Program-made: the position numbers and the translations under genes | Assembly: GCA_963733055.1 (NCBI GenBank) | Contig: CAVTBR010000001.1 | Coordinates: forward strand, 1,472,001-1,536,000 | Length of the DNA: 64,000 nt | Direction: 5' to 3' | Source of the DNA: Candidatus Bathyarchaeota archaeon | GTDB taxonomy: Archaea > Thermoproteota > Bathyarchaeia > 40CM-2-53-6 | Part shown: piece after piece, positions 39,343 through 49,413 of the stretch | Position numbering within the stretch: position 1 is the first letter of the stretch | Layout of the letters: each line of letters begins with the position of its first letter | Notes under the pieces: model-generated | Told to the model about the DNA's origin: nothing | The model's input: only the letters and a program-made list of their open reading frames with translations | The model's database searches: none

Positions 39343-40914
39343 TCACCTTTTCCGCCCTTCTATTGCTAATTGTCCGGCAAGTGAGTCTAGGAAACCTTTG
39401 ACCAAGCTAGTCGCTTCGCAATCTTCTTTGTTATACTGTTCTATCTTTAGCTTCTCATTTTGGTCTTGGTTCTTAAGGTAACTCAAATAGTGTGCGATCG
39501 AAAGGAATCCGTCCATGCCCTGCTCACTCCAACTAAACCCCAATCTTTTCGCCACGTCCTTTAGTCCGAAGCTATAGGTAGGGAAAACTGCCGAATGTTT
39601 CAAGACTTGATTGAGGTCAAGCATCTTGCCAGTGATATCATCTTTAATCCCGTACTTCACTAGCATCTGGTTGACGTGAGTCTTCTCATAATTGCCGTAG
39701 TGGTAGATTACGAAATTGTGCTTGGATCTTAGTAAGGAAATGAATCGTAGGAGTATTGACTTTTCGTCCTCGATGGTTTCTGCAAAATATGGAACGTATT
39801 CGCTTTTCCCATTTTCGACTACTAGAGTCCCTATCAAATAGATAGTGTTGACCCATCGCTCGCTTGAATCAACTCCAAGTTGTTCAAGAAATAGGTTTGA
39901 AAGATCATAAGTGCCCTCAAAATCTAGAAAGATTTCAGTTTCACAGCGTGGGATGGGCGCAGTACCGATTGTGATTATCCTGTCTTGTAAAATTGCTTCA
40001 GCATGGGTTCGCCATTTGGCCAAGCTCTCGGGGCCAATTCCCTTTGTCTTGACTATGCTTAGGTTCGCGTTCTTCAAATCAGAAATTGTTCTTATCCTCA
40101 CCCTTGCCAAAAGTTCTTTCTTTTGTGGGCCTATTCCTGAGATCAGTGATATGTCGCCAATCTCCTTGGCTCTTCTTAGACCGTAGGACTTCCACGGATC
40201 CTGAAGTGCGCCTTTGGTTGGTGTAACGATTTGACCCCCAACTATGTTTCTTACCCCCGCGATCGAATCCTGCAATTGGCTTGCAAAATCGTCGAAAGGA
40301 AAGCTGAACTCTTCGTTGTCTCTGTTCAGGATGATGAATGCTGGTGGGGTGTAGTCTTGTATTTTGCCTAATATGTAATTGTTCAGTGCTGTTTGTAGAA
40401 CATGTTTCCTTTGAGGCTGTTTTGTGGTCTTCTTTTCCTTCACGATATAATGATAGTTTCCAAAAATACTCTTGTGACCACTCGTTCTTTCCAATACATC
40501 TGGAATTCCCATCAGGCCTTCAGGCAAGTAGATTAACGAAGCCGAATGGAACGCCGATATTCCTTCAAAACAACCTTTCAATACTTCGAAGAACGCTTCC
40601 TCACGCGTTTCGACTTCGATAGTCTGCATTTGAGGATAGGTTTCCTGTATGTACTTCGCTTCTTCTATGTTTCCAATCTTCGCTAGAATCTTCATGGATT
40701 CTGGTATCGGATCTTTCTCAGTTTCAGGAGCAAAAAGATCACACCAAAGATTGAACGGTGACACCGTGTAAAGCAGAACCATCGACGGATTTACGACAGA
40801 CTTGGAATCTAGTGATTCGCGAGACAAGCACTTCTCGAAAAGGAGATTTAGTTTGGTGCTATCCTTCGAAGTAGGACGCGCCTTCTCTACATCAAGCAAA
40901 CTCTGACTGACCAA
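39343..40914 (-). CDS. TM0106 family RecB-like nuclease (PD-(D/E)xK, HhH, RNase H-like)
   Basis: GIPDVLER...YIVKEKK, ISGIGP HhH, FLDFEG, YHYGNYE, YSFGLKDVA, YNKEDCEAT. Confidence 0.85.
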   Translation of the reverse strand: MVSQSLLDVEKARPTSKDSTKLNLLFEKCLSRESLDSKSVVNPSMVLLYTVSPFNLWCDLFAPETEKDPIPESMKILAKIGNIEEAKYIQETYPQMQTIEVETREEAFFEVLKGCFEGISAFHSASLIYLPEGLMGIPDVLERTSGHKSIFGNYHYIVKEKKTTKQPQRKHVLQTALNNYILGKIQDYTPPAFIILNRDNEEFSFPFDDFASQLQDSIAGVRNIVGGQIVTPTKGALQDPWKSYGLRRAKEIGDISLISGIGPQKKELLARVRIRTISDLKNANLSIVKTKGIGPESLAKWRTHAEAILQDRIITIGTAPIPRCETEIFLDFEGTYDLSNLFLEQLGVDSSERWVNTIYLIGTLVVENGKSEYVPYFAETIEDEKSILLRFISLLRSKHNFVIYHYGNYEKTHVNQMLVKYGIKDDITGKMLDLNQVLKHSAVFPTYSFGLKDVAKRLGFSWSEQGMDGFLSIAHYLSYLKNQDQNEKLKIEQYNKEDCEATSLVKGFLDSLAGQLAIEGRKR

Positions 40915-41221
40915 TAGGTAGAGTTGCTTTCCCTTTCGATAGGTCCAGTGTCACGTAGATTGGAAAAGGTTGGTTACATGAGCAGTCAAGAAGACTGTGA
41001 ACTACCCATAATAGCGCGTATTACCTAGGAACATTGAGGTTTTCAGTACTGCAAACTGCACCAGGGTCTGTAAACTCTAAAGTGACATGTGTGTGGGGCT
41101 CGTAGTGCGCACACAATCTATAGCAATTTCTTCACTGCGGATCTAACATCTTTCACCAAGAATCTCAAATTCTAAGTGCTTGCTTGTTCTAACGGCCTGT
41201 CATTAAGTTGAATCCGGAGTT

Positions 41222-41422
41222 CTATCTTTGTTCTTCTCCGCAGTAAGGACAGTACACGTCGCGTGTCGTAATCCCCTCACGACATCTATTGCATCTCTTT
41301 GCCGTTCGATACGGCTCTAAACCTCGATAGGATTCTTCTCGGTGTCCGCAAACCGGACAAACGTAGTACGAAACGTGTCGATCCAATATGGAACCGCATT
41401 TGGAGCAAAACCTGTCAGCCAT
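41222..41422 (-). CDS. Small double zinc-ribbon protein
   Basis: CSKC, CPVC, CNRC, CPYC. Confidence 0.65.
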   Translation of the reverse strand: MADRFCSKCGSILDRHVSYYVCPVCGHREESYRGLEPYRTAKRCNRCREGITTRDVYCPYCGEEQR

Positions 41423-41551
41423 ATTCTTCTCCCCCAACGATTCTGGGGAATGCACCTAAATGAATTGTGTTACCAAATTGGTGTTGCAAATTGTGTTCCG
41501 GAAACCGGCTTTAGCGTTACTCGGATTGTGGCACCAATACGGGACACCACA

Positions 41552-41740
41552 ATGCTACAGGGCAAAGGCCGATTCCTGAACCGTCCGACCAAAACTGGCA
41601 AGCATGAATATGACAAATTCTTCGTATACATACCCACGGAGATCGCGAGAGACGGACTCTTTCCCTTCCACGAAGGTGATGCAGTAACTGTAACGGTTGA
41701 TGCTAAGAGCAAGCGAGTTATTCTGGCGAAATCATCTTAG
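41552..41740 (+). CDS. AbrB/MazE-like small DNA-binding protein
   Basis: FFVYIPTEIARD..FPFHEGDAVTVTV. Confidence 0.6.
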   Translation: MLQGKGRFLNRPTKTGKHEYDKFFVYIPTEIARDGLFPFHEGDAVTVTVDAKSKRVILAKSS

Positions 41741-42170
41741 AGAAGTGTTAGTGTTAACTTTGCGCTCCTCTATATTGTGGGTTGAGACTTATTCGCTTAG
41801 GATTGCCCGTATAGTTTCCGGAATCGTCCGTAGGCACCGGCGCTGTCGCTCCGCCTCTAATCGCTTCTCCATCTCACCGGTTAACATCAAAGTATGTTTG
41901 TAGGCGAAAAATGTCAGAGCGCTCACCCTACTCGCTGCCTATAGCCGCATTCTTGTAGACGTCTTCAGAAGGCCGGTTAGGTGCAGCCAGAACCTTTCCG
42001 CCCAAGAGTCCTTTTCCAGACTTGTCACACATGTGACATACTCGCTTCTCATTATTGTCAGGTTGAAGGTTATAGCCACCGATCCCCCCTCGTTGTCACA
42101 CGTGCGACATGTCAAGTGGGCCGACGTGGGGTTCAGGAAGGGTCTGCTAGGCCGGGTGTTTGCATCCTGA

Positions 42171-42314
42171 CTACTTCTTGCTTTTGATCCAAAGTTCGAT
42201 TGCTTCTTCAATTGCAAGTTGTAGGTTGCCCTTTTTCATACCTAACCGCTTGAATACTTCGTCCCTGAATCGTTTCTCCAGTTCGTCGCTAAGTGTGAGA
42301 GTTAATTTGCCCAT
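42171..42314 (-). CDS. RHH (CopG-like) protein, 47 aa; not in ORF track
   Basis: MGKLTLTLSDELEKRFRDEVFKRLGMKKGNLQLAIEEAIELWIKSKK*. Confidence 0.75.
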   Translation of the reverse strand: MGKLTLTLSDELEKRFRDEVFKRLGMKKGNLQLAIEEAIELWIKSKK

Positions 42315-42411
42315 TTGCTGAGCCTCAACTTAGTTGGGCCATCTAGCTGGTTATATGGTTTACCATCTATCAGGTAGCTTTAACTGGACGGATAACATGA
42401 TAGCCTGTTAG

Positions 42412-42693
42412 ATGGCTATGATGGTTGACCAACAACCTCAACCAGTGTCACAGTTGCGACCGATGGCCGGTTTGCTTTGGGTTGTAGACTACGACATACC
42501 TGTGGACAGTGTATCGGAGAGACGAGCTTTCTATCGTGCTCTGCACGAAGTATTGAGGTCTCATGATATTGTTGCTGATCGGAGTACGCAGAGTGTCTGG
42601 ATTCTCGACAATGAAGCGATCGCTAACGAAATTCACGTCTTAGCTTGCAAATTTGGGAAAAGCCACTTGTATTCGGCGTCTAGGCTCGACTGA
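42412..42693 (+). CDS. Cas2/VapD/PaaX-middle-domain-like small protein
   Basis: WVVDYDIP....RRAFYRAL...RSTQSVW pattern. Confidence 0.5.
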   Translation: MAMMVDQQPQPVSQLRPMAGLLWVVDYDIPVDSVSERRAFYRALHEVLRSHDIVADRSTQSVWILDNEAIANEIHVLACKFGKSHLYSASRLD

Positions 42694-43000
42694 GCTTCCG
42701 AGCGCACGAGACACAGATCAACCGACCCCTAACGCGCTTGGCGTTCTCTTGCTTGGTGATGATCGCTTTGCAGTCGGGACATTGGAACGGTTTCAATTCC
42801 TTATCCGCTCTCTCGATTGCCTCTCTCAAGCCTAATATCATGTATGGCCGCCGAATCTCACCTTCCATACCGACAACCTGGTGTTTTTCGCATATATGCA
42901 ACTCACGATCAGACTGTAATCTTCCGACCTCCCTCGTTAATGATTGGCTGATGTTTGGGAAACGCCTAATGTTCCCAAGGTTCCCGAAGCGTAGTAACAC
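42680..43000 (-). CDS. Small zinc-finger protein (start uncertain)
   Basis: CEKH, CPDC, CVSC. Confidence 0.45.
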   Translation of the reverse strand: MLLRFGNLGNIRRFPNISQSLTREVGRLQSDRELHICEKHQVVGMEGEIRRPYMILGLREAIERADKELKPFQCPDCKAIITKQENAKRVRGRLICVSCARKLSRA

Positions 43001-43034
43001 GTGGCTTCTAGGGAGCCTCGTGTATCTGTAAAGC

Positions 43035-43730
43035 TTGATTCAATTGAAGCTTCCAGCTCGTCACTTAGGATTGACTACGTTACTAATTGCTATGGTTCTA
43101 GTAGCCGCTTGCATCACAATCAAACAGGTCGCTGCTGCGCCTAGGGCCGTGATCCAGCATGATGCTGGTTACGTAGACATTTCCGGATTCTATCATGTCG
43201 CGGGCGAAGTGAAGAATACTGGTAATGTCTGGTTGCAATTCATTGAAGTCTCAGCAAGCTTCAAAGACGAGAACGGAGTCGTCGTGGACATCAAACCTGC
43301 GCCTCCTTGGCTGCTTCACTTACCACCCAACGCGTCTGCGGGTTTCGACGCAATAGAATTGAACACCACTCTGGCAGCCACTATTCGCAGTTATACGCTA
43401 ACCCTCACTTATCAGATGTCGCAACCGATGTCTGCAAAGCTCGTCATTACCGGTCTTACTTCCTCGAAGAATAGCTTCGGTATGTTTCAAGTTCAAGGAC
43501 AAGTAACAAACACCGGAGACTCGGTAAGCGAAAATACCTTCGTCACGGGAACTTTCTATGGCACGGATGGAAAAGTTGTCTATGTTGCCATTACGTCGCC
43601 TACCCAATCGACAATTCAACCGGGTACTAGCCAACCGTTCACGCTCACGGTTTTCGACTCAACAAGGGTCAGCTTAATTGGCAATTATTCCATTGCTGCC
43701 GAGAGTCTACAATATACTAGTGTAAGCTAA
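43035..43730 (+). CDS. Secreted FxLYD-type domain protein (two repeats)
   Basis: Signal peptide; VAGEVKNTG...FKDENG.VV and VQGQVTNTG...FYGTDGKVV. Confidence 0.75.
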   Translation: MIQLKLPARHLGLTTLLIAMVLVAACITIKQVAAAPRAVIQHDAGYVDISGFYHVAGEVKNTGNVWLQFIEVSASFKDENGVVVDIKPAPPWLLHLPPNASAGFDAIELNTTLAATIRSYTLTLTYQMSQPMSAKLVITGLTSSKNSFGMFQVQGQVTNTGDSVSENTFVTGTFYGTDGKVVYVAITSPTQSTIQPGTSQPFTLTVFDSTRVSLIGNYSIAAESLQYTSVS

Positions 43731-43906
43731 TCAGTCAAAGGGATAGCTCTAATCAAATCCTTGCCGTCCTTAATCCAGACTTGATGACAGTAGGCGCACG
43801 AGTAGCTTGATCTGGTTATCATTTGTTCTCCGTGCCAGCGATATTCGAGGGAATCGAGTTCAAGCATGCAACTACAGTTGGGGCAGTTCATAGTACGTGT
43901 ACTCAT
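43727..43906 (-). CDS. Small zinc-ribbon protein (59 aa); not in ORF track
   Basis: MSTRTMNCPNCSCMLE...YSCAYCHQVWIKDG. Confidence 0.5.
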   Translation of the reverse strand: MSTRTMNCPNCSCMLELDSLEYRWHGEQMITRSSYSCAYCHQVWIKDGKDLIRAIPLTD

Positions 43907-44040
43907 GGCAGAACGCCAACGGCAACTGAATGGTCAACGACCCGACCGTAGACGTGTACACTCTAATCGCAAGCGGTTAACTGCGATTCCACTCGACCCT
44001 GGCGACTTAACAGAAGCGGGGATTGAATGAGGCGAGTCGG

Positions 44041-44313
44041 TCAGGTTTCGGTTATTCGAGAGGCAGCCGCCGCCAGTTTCTTCATGGCGTCACTTAAGAT
44101 GCCGCGTATGTCGGGGGGCAGATTGCTGAGTTCTTCTCGCTTCGTTCTTGTAGCGCTTATGAGTTCAATTCCAATGATCTTTCCTTGCTCATCCAGCTTT
44201 GCGATTACGCCGTCTCCAACCTCCTCACTTTCCGCTTCCTTCTCCTGATCCCCAAACCAGACATCTAGAGTGTCATATTCCGAAACATAGTACGTGCGCA
44301 CTAGCTTTTCCAT
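44041..44313 (-). CDS. DUF2283-like protein
   Basis: YDTLDVWF....ESEEVGDGVIAKLDEQGKIIGIEL. Confidence 0.75.
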   Translation of the reverse strand: MEKLVRTYYVSEYDTLDVWFGDQEKEAESEEVGDGVIAKLDEQGKIIGIELISATRTKREELSNLPPDIRGILSDAMKKLAAAASRITET

Positions 44314-44572
44314 ATGGTTTCGCCCTTGCCCTTCTTGCGCGTTAGATACGGGGCTTATGTCTTTCGAAAAATCAATCGGCTTCTTCCAGCGAGCGAACTT
44401 CCTCTACTTGAAGATTTAGCGTCGTACTTCTCGAATTGCTCCGCTGCCGTTTCCTTGAGAACGGGTATTGGTTCTGGCAGCATTGCCCTTCCACCACACA
44501 TGAGACAGGCTTGTTGCGCACTTATGTTTTAACTGTGCAACCGATACGATATCTATTGTAAACGGGGATAAA

Positions 44573-44763
44573 ATGACGCTACCCAAACGTCCCCTAGAGG
44601 CTTCGGGTAATTGGCTGCGAACCAAGCTGAGCAGGAAGGAGCTGAAGGCCATGGCTGAGAAGGCGGCGCGCAAGGATGCGGTCAAGAGGGCGAAGAGAAG
44701 AAGGCAGCTATGATGATCGAGACAGACGTGCTTTTCAATCAACGTTCCTTACAATTTCGCTGA
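44573..44763 (+). pseudogene. Remnant antitoxin tail followed by truncated PIN start
   Basis: ..LSRKELKAMAEKAARKDAVKRAKRRRQL* overlapping MMIETDVL. Confidence 0.45.
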
Positions 44764-44862
44764 TTAAATCGACAGGGACCGTGGGGTATTGTTCGTGGAT
44801 CTTTTGTGCGTCATACCCCATTTTCCATAACTCTAAGATGTAATGAACGGGCGCGCGTAAGC

Positions 44863-45170
44863 GGGTCGGCGTTTTGGTGGTAACCCACCTTCTGTTTTAG
44901 GCGACATTTATCTGATCGGGATACCCGCGCCTCGGGCGGGGGTTCATTGGCGCCTATTATCCCTTTCACGGCGTGGGCGGGCATTTCACCCTTACCCCCA
45001 GCCTCATCAACGCAAGCGCATCATATTCCACGACTGGGGGAGGTTTCTTTCTGCGCCCTAACCCGGCCTCTCAGCCGACACCTCACGATGCCACGCGTCC
45101 GCCACGTGGGTGGAGTTTCCTCAGGCTCATCACATACCGAGCCCGGAGTCGCTCGCCAACTCGCCAACCC
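44863..45170 (-). ncRNA. rnpB: RNase P RNA
   Basis: Minus strand has GAGGAAACUCCACCCAC and AACAGAAGGUGGGUUA (P4 halves); P1 GGGUUGGCG/CGCCGACCC; ~308 nt. Confidence 0.9.
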
Positions 45171-45260
45171 AAGAGATAGCGGTCGCCCGCCATAAACAAG
45201 GATTATGGAACTCGGCACCAAGCAGAATGTTGAGGAGAGAAGAAAAGGGAGGGCGGGGAT

Positions 45261-45803
45261 TTACTTCGATCGCATCGCGAGAATATACCCGACACCGCCG
45301 AGCGTAAATCCGATTAGAGCTAGAAGGATAAGGTAAGCTATTGGTGTCGAGTAGTACTGGAGTACGTGTATGTGCACTTGATATGTTGTCCATCCTTGTC
45401 CGCCACTGCTGACTGGTTGCATGCCTGCACCGCCAAGGTAGCCTCCTATCATAGTCAGGATAGCAGCGCCAGCTACACCGATGTTTCCGAGGACTAGGTG
45501 TGCCCATGCAAATGCCTTCGCTGTTCCTGTGTATGTCTTGCCGAGTACGGTTTCAATGTAGAAGTAGAATAGTGAAGTGACAGCCATGGCGACAACGCCT
45601 ACAATAAGGTACGTCAGATACCCCATGATGAACCATGTTCCAGCTTCACCCCCAGCGATCACGTGTCCCACGCCGACTGGATATAGGCCCAACTGATCGC
45701 CGAAAGCGCCAAGGAAAGTAACGAACGCTGCGATAGCACCTTGAATTATTGCCGCGTAAAGGAAGAACCCCGCCATTTTGCTTGTTTTACCTTTGAGTTC
45801 CAT
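45261..45803 (-). CDS. 4-TM membrane protein
   Basis: Four hydrophobic helices; AWAHLVLGNIG motif. Confidence 0.7.
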   Translation of the reverse strand: MELKGKTSKMAGFFLYAAIIQGAIAAFVTFLGAFGDQLGLYPVGVGHVIAGGEAGTWFIMGYLTYLIVGVVAMAVTSLFYFYIETVLGKTYTGTAKAFAWAHLVLGNIGVAGAAILTMIGGYLGGAGMQPVSSGGQGWTTYQVHIHVLQYYSTPIAYLILLALIGFTLGGVGYILAMRSK

Positions 45804-46120
45804 TTTTCATCTACTGAAGTTATGTAAGTACCATGAATTTGATTTAAGCCCCTTGTATATGCTTTTCATAGATTATGGCTGGAAAATGGATTGCGTTGAA
45901 AACGTTCCCTTAGAATCGAACTTCAACGCTGATTCGAAGAGCAAGAAGTAGTTATTATGGTTCCAGTGAAGGAAACTCCCTGTCGACAAACGGTTCTACA
46001 CAGAGGAAAAACGAAAGCTTTGGGCCGTCGCCGACGGGATACCCGCTGAAATCTACTTTTCACTGCGTTGCCCTCGTGAAGTTTTCACTTAATAATATCC
46101 CTGTTCAAAACGGTTTAGCC

Positions 46121-46741
46121 ATGGGTTTCATGCCAATACGTTACGGGCAACAGCGCAGCCCCCTATCCTCGCCCACAACGTTACTGATCCTCGCCAACGT
46201 GATAGTCTTCTTGGTAATGTTGGTGAGTGGGGATTTTGGCGATTGCAGCTCCTTGACATGCCACGTGCTTGCGCAGGAGAACGATCTGGTCTGGGCAGGG
46301 GCGTATTGGCAGTTGTTCACCTCAATGTTCGTACACTTCGGCCCCGTCCATTTGCTGTTCAACATGTTCGGGCTCTACTTCTTCGGCCGCATCAATGAAT
46401 CCACGTTCTCGCCCCCGAAATTTCTAACAATCTACTTGGGATCCGGGTTGCTGGGCAGCGTCATGTCTCTTGTTCTCTTGGCGCCGTCTACGGTCTCTGG
46501 GGGGGCGTCTGGCGCGATCTTCGGCTTGGTGGGTTCGTATGTGGCTATTGAGCGAAGTACGCAACGTATGGGTTTCGCACTGATCTACGCCGTCATCATA
46601 TTTGTCGAAAGCAGCTTCTTGCCCGGCGTGAACATTTTCGCGCATCTGTTCGGGTTGGTGGGTGGTTTTGCTCTGGGTCTAATTTTCATTTCTAGGCGAA
46701 AGCCGATCGGCTACTCCGAAGGGTACACGTACTCAACATAG
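46121..46741 (+). CDS. Rhomboid intramembrane serine protease
   Basis: WQLFTSMFVH...HLLFNM, GASGAIFG, AHLFG. Confidence 0.92.
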   Translation: MGFMPIRYGQQRSPLSSPTTLLILANVIVFLVMLVSGDFGDCSSLTCHVLAQENDLVWAGAYWQLFTSMFVHFGPVHLLFNMFGLYFFGRINESTFSPPKFLTIYLGSGLLGSVMSLVLLAPSTVSGGASGAIFGLVGSYVAIERSTQRMGFALIYAVIIFVESSFLPGVNIFAHLFGLVGGFALGLIFISRRKPIGYSEGYTYST

Positions 46742-46813
46742 TTGCAAACCAACGGTTACGTTCGTTATGGTGGGAGCGGGTTGTCTCCTCGCAGGGCGGA
46801 GATTGGTTTCTGA

Positions 46814-47284
46814 TTAGATAGCGAGTGTGATGATGCCGCTAGGACCGTTGTAAACGAGAATGACGCTGCTCAATGCGTCACGACCAATCAGGGCGATGAT
46901 TCCTTGGGCCTGAAGCACGCTGCCAATCGCTTGTTGAACGGTGAGTTCCGGAAGACTCGAACCAGGAAAACCGAACCTAACCGGGTACTGATTTTGAAGA
47001 GCTGAACCGGATGGCGTGTGAACCTCGATGAGGCCTACCGGCTGAACTTCCAACGAAGTGATTATGGAATTATCAACGGCTGAGATTGAAGCACCTGTAT
47101 CGATAAGAGCCCGCCCACTAACCGGTTTGGGAATAGGTTTCCGTTGCTTAACCAGCAGGTCCTCGAATGCTTTGGGAACCCGGACTTCGACATCTAGCCA
47201 TGGCCCCTCTAGCATGAGTGGGTCCGAATCGATTATTTGGCCTGTAGGTTGTTGCAGAAGATAGAAGCGGTTACAGACTGGCAT
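46814..47284 (-). CDS. Retropepsin-like aspartic protease
   Basis: ALIDTGAS and LIGRD motifs. Confidence 0.8.
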   Translation of the reverse strand: MPVCNRFYLLQQPTGQIIDSDPLMLEGPWLDVEVRVPKAFEDLLVKQRKPIPKPVSGRALIDTGASISAVDNSIITSLEVQPVGLIEVHTPSGSALQNQYPVRFGFPGSSLPELTVQQAIGSVLQAQGIIALIGRDALSSVILVYNGPSGIITLAI

Positions 47285-47522
47285 GCAAGATACCCAAGCT
47301 CAGCGCAGGAATCTGATGAACCTGCTCCTCTCTGAGGACTTGCTTTATGAGAAACGGCGTGTTTCCGAAACGTTGCAGGCCTGCCTCATACGCCGCTTCA
47401 GCGTTCTCGAAGCTTCCGATGAGTTCGGAGCCTTTGATGAGGACGAACTTGCCTTCATACTTTGAAAGCAGCTCCGATCGATGCTGATTGTAATACGACA
47501 GTTCATCTTCCAGGAGCGGCAT
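47271..47522 (-). CDS. DUF5678-like small protein paired with the aspartic protease
   Basis: ELLSKYEGKFVLIKG..LIG...AY..G...FG..PFLIKQV. Confidence 0.65.
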   Translation of the reverse strand: MPLLEDELSYYNQHRSELLSKYEGKFVLIKGSELIGSFENAEAAYEAGLQRFGNTPFLIKQVLREEQVHQIPALSLGILHASL

Positions 47523-47705
47523 TGCGATCGCATTAAAGTAGCCACATAGTTCAGTTAAGGATTCCGTTCAACACATGACAAAGAGGGCCGCGAGCCATGA
47601 GCCTCCATAATACGGTATCAACGATTCTGACGTTGATGAGGCCAGAGAGTCTAGCTCAAGATTCCGTTATGGAAGTTTGATTGATTGTACAATTGATGTT
47701 TGGCC

Positions 47706-49361
47706 TCAGCGTAGCATGGGCATCTTGATTCCTTTCTCTCGTGCAACCTTAATCGCGGAATCGTAGCCGGCGTCGGCGTGCCTGACGACCCCTAGGCCTG
47801 GGTCGGTGGTGAGAACATGTTCCGCCCGCTTCTCGATCTCCTTACTCCCATCCAAGACGAGGCACATGCCCGCGTGAATACTATACCCTATCCCTACCCC
47901 TCCGCCGTGGTGGACTGATACCCACGTCGCACCCGCGACTGCGTTCAGTAATGCGTTTAGGATCGGCCAGTCGGCGATGGCATCTGAGCCATCCTTCATG
48001 TTCTCAGTCTCCCTCCTCGGTGAAGCCACGCTTCCAGTATCCAGATGATCTCTGCCGACCCAGATCGGGCCGGAAAGTTCCCCAGAAGCAACCATGTCGT
48101 TCACAATTTTCCCGAACCTCGCCCTCTCACCATAACCCAACCAGCAAACCCTAGCCGGCAACCCTTGAAACTTCACCTTCTCGCGCGCCTTCTCAATCCA
48201 GCGTACGAGTTCCTTGTTGTAGCCAAACTCCTTAATGATCATCTGATCGATCTTGAAGATGTCGTCTGGTTCGCCTACGAGCGAAGTCCAGCGGAAAGGC
48301 CCACGCCCTTCGCAGAACATTGGCCGAATGTATTCCGGAACGAAACCTGAGAACGCGAACGCGTCCTTCAGTCCCGTATCGAAAGCCTGCTGCCGAATAT
48401 TATTCCCATACTCGAAGGTAATCGCGCCCTTCTTCATCATTTGCACCATCGCCTTCACATGCACGACCAGGCTTTCCTTCGCCCTACGAACGTACTCCTT
48501 AGGGTTGGATTCGCGGAGCTTGTCCGCCTCCTCCTTACTCAGGCCGGCGGGGTAGTATCGCAAAGGGTCGTGGGCTGAGGTCTGATCCGTGACGACGTCG
48601 GGTACTAGGGCGCGTTCTACGAGGGCGGGATAAACATCGGCGGCGTTACCGAAGAGACCGACGCTGAGGCTTCGCTTCGACTTGCGCGCCTCCTCCACCA
48701 TCCGCAAGGCCTCGTCCAGGTCGTCGGTCGACTGCATCAGGTAGCCGTGCTTAAGCCGACGATCAATCGCGGCCCTGCTCACCTCCACAACCAAAGCGAC
48801 GCCGTCGTTCATTGTTACCGCGAGTGGTTGGGCTCCGCCCATCTCACCCAACCCAGCAGTAAGAACAAGTCTGCCTTTGAGTGAGCCATCGAAATGCTTC
48901 TTGGATACGGAGGCCAAGGTCTCGTAGGTGCCCTGGAGTATTCCCTGCGTACCGATGAAAGCCCACGAGCCCGCGGTCATTTGGCCGTACATGATGAGCC
49001 CTTTCTGTTCTAGTTCGTAGAAGTAATCCCACGTGGCCCATTTCGGGACGAGCATCGCGTTGGAGATTAGAACGCGCGGCGCCCACTCGAAGGTTTCGAA
49101 AACAGCGACAGGTTTTCCGCTTTGTATGAGCAGCGTTTCGTTCGGATTCAGTTCAAGCAGAGACTTGGTAATTTGTTCAAAGCACTCCCAGTTACGAGCG
49201 GCTTTTCCGGTTCCCCCATAGATGATCAGGTTATCAGGATCCTTCGCCACCTCCGGATCCAAGACGCTGTGAAGCATCCTGTAAGGCCCCTCAATCTGCC
49301 AATTCTTGCAGTGTAACCTCTTACCCATCACAGCTGCGGCGGAAGGTTTGAACTTTAACAA
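47706..49361 (-). CDS. hutU: Urocanate hydratase
   Basis: [43 protein letters not shown]. Confidence 0.97.
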   Translation of the reverse strand: MLKFKPSAAAVMGKRLHCKNWQIEGPYRMLHSVLDPEVAKDPDNLIIYGGTGKAARNWECFEQITKSLLELNPNETLLIQSGKPVAVFETFEWAPRVLISNAMLVPKWATWDYFYELEQKGLIMYGQMTAGSWAFIGTQGILQGTYETLASVSKKHFDGSLKGRLVLTAGLGEMGGAQPLAVTMNDGVALVVEVSRAAIDRRLKHGYLMQSTDDLDEALRMVEEARKSKRSLSVGLFGNAADVYPALVERALVPDVVTDQTSAHDPLRYYPAGLSKEEADKLRESNPKEYVRRAKESLVVHVKAMVQMMKKGAITFEYGNNIRQQAFDTGLKDAFAFSGFVPEYIRPMFCEGRGPFRWTSLVGEPDDIFKIDQMIIKEFGYNKELVRWIEKAREKVKFQGLPARVCWLGYGERARFGKIVNDMVASGELSGPIWVGRDHLDTGSVASPRRETENMKDGSDAIADWPILNALLNAVAGATWVSVHHGGGVGIGYSIHAGMCLVLDGSKEIEKRAEHVLTTDPGLGVVRHADAGYDSAIKVAREKGIKMPMLR

Positions 49362-49413
49362 AATCAGTCACTCATTCATCGTCGGTTTGTGATTTTAAGT
49401 TTCGGAACAAAAG

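Noticed and set aside
20674-44763. A single intact provirus or ICE
   Set aside because: No capsid, portal, intact integrase or replication gene; housekeeping-type genes (tbp, DEAD helicase, msrA) are interspersed; no matching terminal att pair.
44947-45221. Small ORFs on both strands
   Set aside because: Shadow ORFs of the RNase P RNA gene.
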